Made by a program: the position numbers and the translations under genes. A stretch of DNA of 64,000 nt, taken from sequence record NC_041974.1; one strand, written 5' to 3'. This document shows positions 1-9,136 of the stretch, piece by piece (positions within the stretch are counted from its first letter, which is position 1; each line of letters begins with the position of its first letter). The notes beneath the pieces were generated by a model. It was not told where the DNA came from and made no database searches. It worked only from the letters and a program-made list of their open reading frames with translations.

Positions 1-618
1 AAACAAGGGTTCATCTTTGTGTTTGATCCCGAGTCGTGGGATAAGGTGAACAGGGCGTTGGATATCCTGGACAATAACCGCGGGATCTGGGGGAAGAACG
101 TTGGACAGTTCACCACCGCCGGCATGACGTCCTACGGGCCGGTGTCAGCGAGGCTTAAAGGGTATATCGTTATTGCCGTCCATTTCACGGGTGGGCGTAA
201 GCTGTTCAATCCAGGGTATCTGCAACATGTTTTGAATACAGCGACCCATGAGTTGGTCCATGCTGCTCAGTTCGCTGTTCGGGCGCAGAGCTACCATGAT
301 CCGTTGATTGCTGTAGAACCACTGGCTTACCTGACCGGTTGGTTAATGGAGAAATGGATTTATGCAGTGTGGGAGAAGTTTAACGTCACCATCTCAGTAA
401 CCCCTGCTACTACCGGTCCACTGTCGTACAACATCCTGTTTGACCTGTTGTATCGGTTCAATGAACAGCGGCTGGCGCACCGGATGGGTGATCTCACCAT
501 GACACAGATTCAGAGTGCTTTAGTTAGGGAGTCGATTAACAGCTTGAATAACGTGGCAGTGGTAAACGATATCGGTTGGTCATCGACGACGTATCTTGAT
601 GGAGTTAACAAGAAATGA
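1..618 (+). CDS. HExxH zincin-like protein, paralog 1 (5'-truncated by window edge)
   Basis: Frame is open from base 1 (KQGFIFVFD...). Contains THELVH plus downstream EPLAYLTGWL. Aligns by eye with the next gene, whose RHFIFVT lies about 20 aa in, so the true start is upstream of the window. Confidence 0.7.
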   Translation, partial: KQGFIFVFDPESWDKVNRALDILDNNRGIWGKNVGQFTTAGMTSYGPVSARLKGYIVIAVHFTGGRKLFNPGYLQHVLNTATHELVHAAQFAVRAQSYHDPLIAVEPLAYLTGWLMEKWIYAVWEKFNVTISVTPATTGPLSYNILFDLLYRFNEQRLAHRMGDLTMTQIQSALVRESINSLNNVAVVNDIGWSSTTYLDGVNKK

Positions 619-1241
619 AGATGCCGGTCAGTCAGTATGTAGATAAGTTTCTATTAAGGCTGTTCCCTTATCCGCGGCATTTTATCTTTGTCACCAGTGT
701 TGCGGATTTTGATGCGGTGGTTACCGAACTGGCACGTCGGCAGACTGCGGCTGGGATTAGTAATAAATGGCTGAGTCACAGAGGGCATTTCAAAGGGAAT
801 GGGATTTGTGCTTCGGGGAATCAGATCTGTGTATTAGGTGCGCTTTATGATACCGGCACGCAGCTCAGCCCAGCTAACATCGCCGGGACGATCGGTACCA
901 TGCAACATGAAATCCAACACATGTTACTGCATACCTGTGCACAGATTGGTTATAACCCGATGCGCGAACACGAACCGTTTACGTATTTAACGAAGTGGGT
1001 GTTTGAGTTGTTCCTGGCGTTTATGCGTAATTACCACGGTGTGATGATCACCGATGTGCAGCGGCAAGATACTGGTATGCTGAGTCGGTTGCAGAAGGGA
1101 GGGGCTTTTGAGTTACTGCACGCCCTGCCCGTTGAAAATGTTCGAGATTCATTAGCAAGAGAATCTCGTGCATTATTAAACAACGCGGTGGTCGTCAGTT
1201 CTATTGGCGCATCCCGTTCCACAACCTATTTCGAATTATAA
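615..1241 (+). CDS. HExxH zincin-like protein, paralog 2
   Basis: QHEIQH and EPFTYLTKW motifs. C-terminus LARESRALLNNAVVVSSIG matches paralog 1 LVRESINSLNNVAVVNDIG. ATGA overlap with the previous stop. Confidence 0.75.
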   Translation: MKMPVSQYVDKFLLRLFPYPRHFIFVTSVADFDAVVTELARRQTAAGISNKWLSHRGHFKGNGICASGNQICVLGALYDTGTQLSPANIAGTIGTMQHEIQHMLLHTCAQIGYNPMREHEPFTYLTKWVFELFLAFMRNYHGVMITDVQRQDTGMLSRLQKGGAFELLHALPVENVRDSLARESRALLNNAVVVSSIGASRSTTYFEL

Positions 1242-1289
1242 TTAACCCGGCCAGGGAAACCTGGCCTGTATGTCAAAAAGGAAAGTAAC

Positions 1290-1991
1290 ATGGGTATGTA
1301 TACCGGCGTCTCATTTCGTTTAAAGGTCAGAAAAAATGCACCCTTGCCGGTGTTAGAATTCATGGATAAGTTCTTCATGGAAGGTGAAACACTGCAAGCA
1401 GTGAAAGACCTACAGAAAGAAACGGGTATCCAGTTCCAATCCACAGCCATTGCATTACCGGGTGATCAGTTTCATTACAGTGAAATTGCCGATATGACCA
1501 TGATGGTTCGCGGGCACTCTTCCAGTTTTGAAAGCTGGTACTGGCGTGTTAAAGAAGATAAGGGCGACTACTGGTTGTATGAAACCCGTGCCAATACCAA
1601 GCGACCTCACCATGACCTGGCCGCCAACCTTATCCAGGCGTTATTGCCGTGTCTGGTTATCGAGGAAGGTGATGTGGTACTGCGCTCCATTTATGAAGAC
1701 AGCGCCCAAGAACGCGTTCTGGCATTGGTAAATGGCAAGATTATTGAGGAACGTGGTTATGAGTACGAGGATGAATACAATAGCCCGTGGAATGAAAAGG
1801 CGCCAATAGATTATGTCAAGGGTGATTTTGGTGCAATTGCACATATTCGCATCACCGAGGAAGAAGAGTTCACGCCACCTTGGACTTTACAGGAACTGCG
1901 GGCCGGTGAAGAAAAAGCACGGTTAGAGAAAGAAGCCGAGCACGAACGGATACGGGCAGAGGGCGGTGGTTTCGGTTTCGGTGGTTGGTAG
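1290..1991 (+). CDS. Hypothetical phage protein (MGMYTG... N-terminus)
   Basis: 233 aa ORF with SD-like AAGGA upstream, following a hairpin at about 1249-1270. Confidence 0.75.
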   Translation: MGMYTGVSFRLKVRKNAPLPVLEFMDKFFMEGETLQAVKDLQKETGIQFQSTAIALPGDQFHYSEIADMTMMVRGHSSSFESWYWRVKEDKGDYWLYETRANTKRPHHDLAANLIQALLPCLVIEEGDVVLRSIYEDSAQERVLALVNGKIIEERGYEYEDEYNSPWNEKAPIDYVKGDFGAIAHIRITEEEEFTPPWTLQELRAGEEKARLEKEAEHERIRAEGGGFGFGGW

Positions 1992-2056
1992 TTTTAATTA
2001 ATTTAACCTGACGTACAGCACAGCAAACAATAATCCAATTTAAATAAGGGTAGTTT

Positions 2057-2758
2057 ATGAACGGTATGAAGATGATGATTGGTTCCCTGCCACTGAGCAG
2101 CATGATGGGTGGTAGTCGTTCAGACGCGGGGACTTTCAATCCTGCACCGCACGCTGCCCCTTTCCGCGCAGTTGGTGAGTACATCGCGGATGCGGCATTT
2201 GAGGATCGTGGGGTGTTGGTTTCTGCAGACGGGATCGTTGCTACTGTGCGCGCCAAAAAGATGACTTTCCAGGAAGCCGCAGATGCCCGCGGTGCAGCCA
2301 CCGGACTGTATGCCATTATGTTCCCAGTCGCTAACGGGGCGAAAGACGATACTGTCGTGATCACCACTACCAGTCAGGCTGTGTTGTTTAACTTACTGGC
2401 AGTTGAAGATCTCCCTGATGAACTGTTTGTGCAGTTTGGTCTGGCAGCGACTGCCGCGACGGTGAAAGCCATGACCAATGACAACAACGACCATATCCGG
2501 GTACTGGCCAATGCCGGCGGTATCGCCCCAAGCAATACCTCACCGTCCCATTTGATTGTGGATAAGCAGCGCAATCTGATCATTGGTCATATTGTAAAAG
2601 AAGGTGATGATCAAGCAGACTTCAGTATCTTCGCCGCCTCACGTAAATCCAAATCATCACAGGACTACATTATCAACGTGAGTACCGATGATAGTGATAT
2701 CATCAAGCATATCGTCCAGGCTACAGTGGAAGAGATTGCACTGGGAGACGCGGTCTAG
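2057..2758 (+). CDS. Hypothetical protein
   Basis: 233 aa ORF, SD AAGGG upstream, co-oriented with neighbours. Confidence 0.75.
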   Translation: MNGMKMMIGSLPLSSMMGGSRSDAGTFNPAPHAAPFRAVGEYIADAAFEDRGVLVSADGIVATVRAKKMTFQEAADARGAATGLYAIMFPVANGAKDDTVVITTTSQAVLFNLLAVEDLPDELFVQFGLAATAATVKAMTNDNNDHIRVLANAGGIAPSNTSPSHLIVDKQRNLIIGHIVKEGDDQADFSIFAASRKSKSSQDYIINVSTDDSDIIKHIVQATVEEIALGDAV

Positions 2759-2826
2759 TCTGTAATTGCAGACAAAACCGGCGGATGATATAGCACCAGA
2801 AATTAACCGGAAGTAGGAGTAAAAGA

Positions 2827-3474
2827 ATGTCAGTCATGACAGGTGGTTTTGGCGCAATCAATGCGCTAATGTCCAACGGCCGCCCGACTCAGGGTGCCAT
2901 GGAGTATTTTAACAATCAGTATCAGGGCATGCTGCAAGCAGCGCAGCAAGTGGGTAGTGTAGCGATGCAGCAGATCTATCAGATCGCAACACACACCTAT
3001 GAAAACCTGATGCAGACCCGTCCGTGGGAACTGGCAGAAGCAGCGTTGCGTCAAACAGTGCACATGTTTGACCCGAACACGGTTCGTCAGCTTCTCAACC
3101 TGGCTGATATGCAAACCGCCAAACCGATCATGCAGCGGTGGGTGATGGCGCAACCGGATATCCGTCAGATGTATCATCAGCAGCGTATCGATGGTTACAG
3201 CGAAACGTATGAAGATGCCCAACCAGGGATGGTAGGTGCAGACCATTATGATTATCGTCGTGCAGCAAACGGCATGTTGCAGTTTGCACACACTGAAGAG
3301 GTGCCGATGGCGTCTTGGCAGGCGACGACCTATTATGAGCGTCTGGTAGAAGGTGATAACGAACTGTCGTTCCATGAGAAGCGTGACATCCATGTAACCT
3401 GGGATGCGTGTCTGAATCTGATGAACACACAGGCGTATGATCCGACCTCCATCTTCAACATGAAGCTGGCGTAA
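2827..3474 (+). CDS. Conserved phiKZ-like core protein (positional candidate for phiKZ gp59/Imp3 type)
   Basis: SD AGGAG. The segment VMAQPDIRQMYHQQRIDGYSETYED...HYDYRR resembles a Chimalliviridae core family from memory. The gp59 assignment is synteny only. Confidence 0.5.
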   Translation: MSVMTGGFGAINALMSNGRPTQGAMEYFNNQYQGMLQAAQQVGSVAMQQIYQIATHTYENLMQTRPWELAEAALRQTVHMFDPNTVRQLLNLADMQTAKPIMQRWVMAQPDIRQMYHQQRIDGYSETYEDAQPGMVGADHYDYRRAANGMLQFAHTEEVPMASWQATTYYERLVEGDNELSFHEKRDIHVTWDACLNLMNTQAYDPTSIFNMKLA

Positions 3475-3482
3475 GTTAATCG

Positions 3483-3510
3483 GAGGAGGGGTAGCCCTCC
3501 TCTTATGCCG
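3483..3510 (+). terminator. Hairpin GAGGAGGG-gtag-CCCTCCTC followed by TTATGCCG
   Basis: Perfect 8-bp inverted repeat after the stop at 3474. Confidence 0.7.
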
Positions 3511-3522
3511 TTTGAGGGTAGC

Positions 3523-3747
3523 ATGGCAAAAAAGGAACTCACGATGAAGCGACTTCAGATAGACATCTCTGAACAGGGCTTTAGCAAACTCAATGCACTC
3601 AAGGTGAAAATGGAAACCACTGCCATGGGTAGCGTTGTCAGCCGCGCCTTATCGATTACCGATCGTTTGTTCACCGCCAAGGAGAAAGGCAGTAAGATCC
3701 TGATCGTGGATAAAGATGGTAATGTCACCGAAATCGAATTACTGTAG
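3523..3747 (+). CDS. Ribbon-helix-helix (CopG/Arc-like) DNA-binding protein
   Basis: SD GAGGGT before ATG 3523. Alternating strand KRLQIDIS, helix EQGFSKLNALKVKM, second helix MGSVVSRALSITDRL; pattern read by eye. Confidence 0.6.
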   Translation: MAKKELTMKRLQIDISEQGFSKLNALKVKMETTAMGSVVSRALSITDRLFTAKEKGSKILIVDKDGNVTEIELL

Positions 3748-3755
3748 AGGTTAAC

Positions 3756-3983
3756 ATGGCTTGGTCCAAACGCCGTGCAAAGAAACGCATCATTCACTTA
3801 CGTGGTTTTCATTATCGTGTTCAATCACGTAGTATCGCAATCTGGGAACAGTATCGCGAATATCATCAAAATCGACCATTTGGATCTGGCGTTGGTTTAT
3901 TGATGTTACTTGACCCTGAAACTGGTTGTCCAATAGGAGCTCATCGTGGCCTTAAGCAAAACAAAAATAAAGCGTCGTACTAA
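3756..3983 (+). CDS. Small basic hypothetical protein
   Basis: SD GAGG, 75 aa, co-oriented. Confidence 0.55.
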   Translation: MAWSKRRAKKRIIHLRGFHYRVQSRSIAIWEQYREYHQNRPFGSGVGLLMLLDPETGCPIGAHRGLKQNKNKASY

Positions 3984-4230
3984 TGCGCTGTATAACTACA
4001 AAACGCTGGTTGAACGCATTAGCTATAAATGCATGATAGCCCACATCGATGCTCAGGGTATCAAGCTTGAATTGAACCGCACGGGTTCGTCAATTAAAAG
4101 TGAAGACATTCCTGCTGCAAAAGAAGCCCGTCTTGCATTGAAACGCGAAATCGTCCGTCTGCGGAATATCCAGGGGCGTCGTCGTATCGTGAATGCCGGT
4201 AAGATCAAAGCGGCAATCAGCCAGTATTAA
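3946..4230 (+). CDS. Small basic hypothetical protein
   Basis: SD AGGAG before GTG 3946; followed by a terminator. Confidence 0.65.
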   Translation: MALSKTKIKRRTNALYNYKTLVERISYKCMIAHIDAQGIKLELNRTGSSIKSEDIPAAKEARLALKREIVRLRNIQGRRRIVNAGKIKAAISQY

Positions 4231-4233
4231 TAG

Positions 4234-4263
4234 AAGGGACTTCGGTCCCTTTATTTTTTTTTT
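4234..4263 (+). terminator. Intrinsic terminator (AAGGGAC-ttcg-GTCCCTT + T tract)
   Basis: 7-bp stem, UUCG tetraloop, long T run. Confidence 0.9.
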
Positions 4264-4289
4264 GTCTTGAATAATGAAATTTTTACGCT

Positions 4290-4326
4290 GTAGAAAATCT
4301 TAGACCTATATAACGGCACTGATAGA
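4290..4326 (+). promoter_or_regulatory. Putative early (virion RNAP) promoter, repeat copy 1
   Basis: GTAGAAAATCTTAGACCTATATAACGGCACTGATAGA aligns without gaps to copies at 4896 and 27215; intergenic, upstream of an accessory gene. Confidence 0.7.
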
Positions 4327-4354
4327 GTAATCTAAATTAACTTACGAGGTTATC

Positions 4355-4885
4355 ATGAAAAACACTACTTTTCTAATTGAGACCCTGAAACGTACCTTGG
4401 AAGAGCTGGACCAGGCAACGTTATCAACTGAAGAAAAAATTGAATTAACCACCATGGTTGAGAAAGAACATTTTGCTAAGCTGTTCGGTGTCCGCGCAGA
4501 AGAAACCACTCAGTTAAGTGAGCGCGATTTCTCTAAACTGACCGGTTATCAGTACAACAGTGTTTACGCGGGGTTAGATTTGGTTGGTAATTTTGACTGG
4601 GTGATCACGGCGGATGGCGCAGTCGTAACAAGAGAAATGCCTCATCACGGCAGTAACCATTGGTTGCCACCGCACAGGCAATTTATATTCAGACTGATCG
4701 ATGAAGGTCGTGAAATATTTAATGAAGGCACTAGACTGCTTGTTATCAGAATTGAGAACACCATCACCAAAGAGGTCTTTTCAATTAACTTTGAAGTTGC
4801 TGATATTCAAATCGGCAGTGCGGTTGTTAAAATGGTTGAGCGTTATCTGTTCGATTATTACAGGGTCAGCGTCAAGAAACTGTAA
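4355..4885 (+). CDS. Hypothetical early protein
   Basis: SD GAGG, 176 aa, behind promoter repeat. Confidence 0.75.
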   Translation: MKNTTFLIETLKRTLEELDQATLSTEEKIELTTMVEKEHFAKLFGVRAEETTQLSERDFSKLTGYQYNSVYAGLDLVGNFDWVITADGAVVTREMPHHGSNHWLPPHRQFIFRLIDEGREIFNEGTRLLVIRIENTITKEVFSINFEVADIQIGSAVVKMVERYLFDYYRVSVKKL

Positions 4886-4895
4886 AATATGAGTT

Positions 4896-4932
4896 GCAGA
4901 AAATCTCAGACCTATATGACTGGGGTGATAAA
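4896..4932 (+). promoter_or_regulatory. Putative early promoter, repeat copy 2
   Basis: GCAGAAAATCTCAGACCTATATGACTGGGGTGATAAA. Confidence 0.7.
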
Positions 4933-4988
4933 GAGTAGTGAATACTCTTAACCCCTAACCCAATTAACCTTAAGTATGGAGTAGTATC

Positions 4989-5279
4989 ATGACTGTAACT
5001 TTCTCTCAGCAAATGCAGGTTGTCGAATCTATCGCTGTGATGCAGGAAAAAGCAATGGAACTGCAAGTTGCTACCAAAGCGTGTTACGACGAAGTCACCC
5101 GACTGGCCAACCGACTGGCTGACATCAACGATCCACTCGGCTTTCAGAAAGCCTATGAAGAATATCGTGCCAAGCTGGCAGAAGCGGATGTATTAGCCGA
5201 TGCTACTCGCCTGGCTTACAACATGTCAGACGCTGCACTGAAAACCATCCTGGGTGAAGCTAACCCAACCTTTCATTAA
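4989..5279 (+). CDS. Small helical/coiled-coil hypothetical protein
   Basis: SD GGAG, 96 aa, A/E/K/L-rich. Confidence 0.7.
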   Translation: MTVTFSQQMQVVESIAVMQEKAMELQVATKACYDEVTRLANRLADINDPLGFQKAYEEYRAKLAEADVLADATRLAYNMSDAALKTILGEANPTFH

Positions 5280-5318
5280 TAGTTAATTACTCATCGTCAT
5301 TACGCCTCGGAGAAACTC

Positions 5319-5528
5319 ATGAGCGATTTTATTAGCAACCTGTTCGAAATCGCTATTGCAGTTTCTTCTGTAGTGGCGATGGTTAAATTGATTAAATCTG
5401 ATAATGCCTATATTGCAGAAACAGTTCGTATCATCGATGCCTGCGCTTCTTTACAGGAAGGGCAAGTAATTCAGGGCGAAGTGGTTAACACCAAAGCCCA
5501 CACAACCAACTTATACATCACCCATTAA
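5319..5528 (+). CDS. Small membrane-anchored hypothetical protein
   Basis: SD GGAG; hydrophobic N-terminal stretch LFEIAIAVSSVVAMVKLI. Confidence 0.6.
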   Translation: MSDFISNLFEIAIAVSSVVAMVKLIKSDNAYIAETVRIIDACASLQEGQVIQGEVVNTKAHTTNLYITH

Positions 5529-5550
5529 TCTACTTGTAAGGAATACACCT

Positions 5551-6012
5551 ATGTCAAACTCTATGTTCATCTGCCTGTCACTGTTAGCGGTTATCTCTGT
5601 CTCTGGTGGTATCGCCTTTGCCAAGAGCCTGTCACCGACCCATGCCATGATGACCGCCTTTGCTTACTTACGTGAGCAACTCGGTGATGACGCAGCACAG
5701 TACGAATACGATAAACGCTCACACCTTCTTTGCATGACAAACCTGGTGGAAACTAACTATGCCCTGGTCTGCGGTAAGCACTTTGAACGCGCAGAACAAA
5801 AACGTGCATGGTTAGTTAAGGAAGCAGAAGAGATCCAGCTCACCCCGCGTCAACAACTGATGCTACTGGACTCCTTACTGAACCTGAACACCCGTCCTGA
5901 ACAAGCAAAGAAAATTGTTAAAGTACGTTCAACCAAAGAGATCGTTGACTTGGCTGCGAAGTATGCGAGCGACAACCGTCGTATCGAAGCTCCGCTGGCC
6001 TTGTTCCGCTAA
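5551..6012 (+). CDS. Hypothetical protein with N-terminal signal/TM segment
   Basis: SD AAGGA; MFICLSLLAVISVSGGIAFA. Confidence 0.7.
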   Translation: MSNSMFICLSLLAVISVSGGIAFAKSLSPTHAMMTAFAYLREQLGDDAAQYEYDKRSHLLCMTNLVETNYALVCGKHFERAEQKRAWLVKEAEEIQLTPRQQLMLLDSLLNLNTRPEQAKKIVKVRSTKEIVDLAAKYASDNRRIEAPLALFR

Positions 6013-6046
6013 TGTAAGCTGTAGTGTATTGGTCACCTCATGACCG

Positions 6047-6096
6047 GAGCTCACCCTAACCGGTGGGCTCTTTTTTTTTGTCTTCTTTTTTTTTTT
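6047..6096 (+). terminator. Intrinsic terminator
   Basis: GAGCTCACC...GGTGGGCTC stem followed by two long T runs. Confidence 0.85.
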
Positions 6097-6105
6097 GTTC
6101 GGGGA

Positions 6106-6112
6106 TTATATG
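6106..6112 (+). promoter_or_regulatory. Candidate late promoter core (TTATATG; phiKZ late TATG type)
   Basis: Similar WTATATG motifs at 61466-61472 (+), 30011-30017 (-) and 32632-32638 (-), each intergenic or just upstream of a gene. phiKZ nvRNAP late promoters have a TATG core. Confidence 0.45.
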
Positions 6113-6138
6113 TAGTCCATATTAGCTAAGAGGACATT

Positions 6139-6543
6139 ATGGCAGAGCGTGTAGTTCCAACCATGTCCGTAACCGGGTACGTAACCGGCGTGACTGAAAC
6201 CATTGACCGGATGTTTGCCTACTGGCTGACCGCACAATACTCTCAAACGTATCTTGCGCGCGGTAACATCCACTCCCTTCAATATTTGATCCAGCAGTAT
6301 GACGGTAACCCAGAACGTCTGTGTGATGCGGTGGTGAAAGACCTCAAGAACTATTTTACGGGTCCGTTTGATGCCGCCACGGTTACCTGTAATCCACGTT
6401 ATGCGACCAGTGAGCGTGATGAGAAGTTCTATATGCTGGAGATCGATATCAAAGTCTCTAATGGCGATATCGGTTATGATGTTGGTCGCCGTCTGCTAGA
6501 GATTGAAGACGGTATCTTTAAACGCATTGTAGGTACTCTGTAA
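6139..6543 (+). CDS. Conserved phiKZ-like core protein (gp62 type; possible gp25-like baseplate fold)
   Basis: SD GAGGA, 134 aa, two genes upstream of SbcD as in phiKZ-like phages. Fold call is tentative. Confidence 0.55.
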   Translation: MAERVVPTMSVTGYVTGVTETIDRMFAYWLTAQYSQTYLARGNIHSLQYLIQQYDGNPERLCDAVVKDLKNYFTGPFDAATVTCNPRYATSERDEKFYMLEIDIKVSNGDIGYDVGRRLLEIEDGIFKRIVGTL

Positions 6544-7145
6544 TGGCACAAACCGAACACGATAAAATGATGCACCAACGGGCAGGGTCGATTGAGCGCC
6601 GACTGGCACAGGCCGCCCAGCATGAACGTAATCCCCAGATCCAGGAAGCGGAGTTCACCCGGGTATTCCTGCCGATGTTTGTTGGTGGGGGTGAATACAT
6701 TAATCAGGATGCCTGGGTGGCAGTTGCCGGCTCTGTTAATAATGAAGTCGATGTCTTCCGCGGGCAAGAGTACCTTTATACCCTGCCAGCCTTAGCCATC
6801 CCGATTCGCTCTGAGATCTCCAGTCGTAGCCAAAATGGTCGCATGGGTGATAACTGGATGGGCACAGGCTTAAACGCCGCAGACGATCCAGGCTCAATTG
6901 AGAGCGTGATGTCGATCGATGCCAAGGGTAAGCAGGTTGCGTTAGCCAGTACTGCTGAGGAGCACATGGCACGCTGGGATGAGGTGTTCAAACGTTACGG
7001 GCTGGACTACCGCGTAATCCGTGCTGACCTCCATGAACGTAAAACAGGTCAGAAAGTTAATCCCAACATTATCGATCAATCAGATAAGGCATTAGCGACT
7101 AAACAGGTTGAGCTCGATGACAACGGTGATTACGAAGACTACTAA
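6543..7145 (+). CDS. Conserved phiKZ-like core protein (gp63/64 type)
   Basis: TAATG coupling; position directly upstream of SbcD; acidic C-terminus. Confidence 0.6.
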   Translation: MAQTEHDKMMHQRAGSIERRLAQAAQHERNPQIQEAEFTRVFLPMFVGGGEYINQDAWVAVAGSVNNEVDVFRGQEYLYTLPALAIPIRSEISSRSQNGRMGDNWMGTGLNAADDPGSIESVMSIDAKGKQVALASTAEEHMARWDEVFKRYGLDYRVIRADLHERKTGQKVNPNIIDQSDKALATKQVELDDNGDYEDY

Positions 7146-7155
7146 AAAACCTGGC

Positions 7156-8262
7156 ATGGTACGGATTATTCAGACAGGCGATATTCACCTCTGTCATAAG
7201 CGCACCCCAACGGCGAACATTATCCGTACACTGAACTACATCTTCTATGAAAACGAATCCTTGGCTGAAACCGACCTTATCATCCTTGCCGGGGATGTTT
7301 GGGATACCCTGGTGACCATGCCTAATGACGATGCATTATTAGCTCGTCAATGGATTCGTAAGTTTGTCGAAGATTGCGCATACCACAATGTAATCTTAGA
7401 TGTGTTAGAAGGCACTCCTGATCATGATTGGGAGCAGTCTTCTGAGTTCACCCTCTTTGAAACCAATTGTGAAGTGCGCTACATCAAAACCCTGCAGATT
7501 GTCCGTCACGAGCACTTGGATTTAAATATCCTTTATGTGCCCGATGAATGGCGCCCAACCATCGAAGCGATCTGGGAAGATGTGTGTGTGGCAATGACTG
7601 AAGCTGGACTGGACAAAGTGGATGTCGGGGTGGTGCACGGGGGATTCGATTTTAACTTCCCGCCAGAGTACAACATCAAAGGCCACAGTGCTGAGCGCTT
7701 TAGCAGTATTGTCAAACATGCGGTGTTTGCTAACCACATCCACAAAGCCCAGAGCTTTATGAAAGTGCACGGCCCAGGTTCACCGGATCGATTAGCACAG
7801 GGTGAGGAAGGGGACAAAGGTTACCATCGGGTGGTGATTGATCAGAAGACCGATCAGATGCGTATCCAGTGGATTAAGAACCCACACGCCTGGACCCATA
7901 TCGCAATCAACGTTGCAGATATGTCGGTTGAGGAGATCGTCGCCAAAGCCAAAGCGATCGCAGCACCACTAAGAGCCGGCAGTTATCTGCGTTTTGATAA
8001 CGGTGATCCCTTAGTGGTGAAAGCGGTACTGTGGGCATTGAAAGCAGAAATCCCGCATGTGATATTGGAATACAAAAACAAGAAGCAAGCAGGGATCACG
8101 CAAACGCACCAAACTTATGCCAAGAAGTTTTCTGGCACCCACATTAACCGCAACAATGCCAAAGAGTCGATCGTCGGCTGGTTGCAGGGTAAAGGGTTAA
8201 CGGACGACTCACAGGGTCAGTATTTAAGCGATATCTTACAGCGCGCCATGGCGCTGAAGTAG
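7156..8262 (+). CDS. sbcD: SbcD/Mre11-like metallophosphoesterase nuclease
   Basis: Motifs GDIH, ILAGDVWD, EGTPDHD, VHGG, NHIH, GSPDR. ATG 7156 preferred over TTG 7108. Confidence 0.9.
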   Translation: MVRIIQTGDIHLCHKRTPTANIIRTLNYIFYENESLAETDLIILAGDVWDTLVTMPNDDALLARQWIRKFVEDCAYHNVILDVLEGTPDHDWEQSSEFTLFETNCEVRYIKTLQIVRHEHLDLNILYVPDEWRPTIEAIWEDVCVAMTEAGLDKVDVGVVHGGFDFNFPPEYNIKGHSAERFSSIVKHAVFANHIHKAQSFMKVHGPGSPDRLAQGEEGDKGYHRVVIDQKTDQMRIQWIKNPHAWTHIAINVADMSVEEIVAKAKAIAAPLRAGSYLRFDNGDPLVVKAVLWALKAEIPHVILEYKNKKQAGITQTHQTYAKKFSGTHINRNNAKESIVGWLQGKGLTDDSQGQYLSDILQRAMALK

Positions 8263-8272
8263 TGAGGGTGTT

Positions 8273-9073
8273 ATGGCTGACAGGACCATGGGGATCTTGC
8301 CGATGTCAGTCGGCACCTCCCTTTCATTTGAAGCATTAATGGCAAAACCCATTGAACCGATTGAAACCTTGGTGTTGAACATCGGGACCATCTTTCGTAA
8401 TGTCTATCAGGCGTATGATACCGATGACCGCGATCGCTTAGGGATTGATAAGTTGCATGACGATGTGATTGCAGACATGTCAGCGATTTATGACATCTTA
8501 AAAGATATCGGGAAAGCGGGGGTGCCAGATTACAAACTGTATCACGGGCGTTATGAACGGTTAGCTTCCGCCTTTCCACTGGCGAAGATCTGGGAGCCTT
8601 CTTCGGATATTCAGAAGACGTACGCACGACTTGAACGCAACGTCCTGGAGAAGGTGATCAAGACAATGCGGGGGTTAGTGCAAGAGGTGGATCACACCTT
8701 ACCGATTTCCGTAAAGAATACCTATGTGATGACCCATCACATCGTAGACCTGGTTGTGCCGGCTGGTTACGGTGAGATTACGTTGGTGGAATCCCATACA
8801 GGCGCCTTGAAGAAGAAACCGTTATGGCACACCAAACTCACCAACGGGCGTTCGCTTGAACGTATTCCGTTTAACCGACTGACCTTGCAGGTGTTCGGTG
8901 ATAATTCTGTGAACTTCAAAGCCAACAGCTTTAAATACAAAGCGGCACTGATGAAGCTTGCAGAGGAGAACAAGTGGACACCCATGGCAACCCGTGATCG
9001 TATCAAGCTTGGCATTGAAACGTTAAAGGACGCGCAGCTGAAAGCGGACTTGTCAAAAATGCTCAGTGTATAA
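8273..9073 (+). CDS. Conserved phiKZ-like core protein (gp66 type)
   Basis: SD GAGGG; lies between SbcD and the ChmC-like gene. Confidence 0.65.
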   Translation: MADRTMGILPMSVGTSLSFEALMAKPIEPIETLVLNIGTIFRNVYQAYDTDDRDRLGIDKLHDDVIADMSAIYDILKDIGKAGVPDYKLYHGRYERLASAFPLAKIWEPSSDIQKTYARLERNVLEKVIKTMRGLVQEVDHTLPISVKNTYVMTHHIVDLVVPAGYGEITLVESHTGALKKKPLWHTKLTNGRSLERIPFNRLTLQVFGDNSVNFKANSFKYKAALMKLAEENKWTPMATRDRIKLGIETLKDAQLKADLSKMLSV

Positions 9074-9136
9074 ATCAACATAACTGCTCTAACTTTATAG
9101 AGCAGTATAACTAATTAGTCCTAAAAGGAGCAACAC

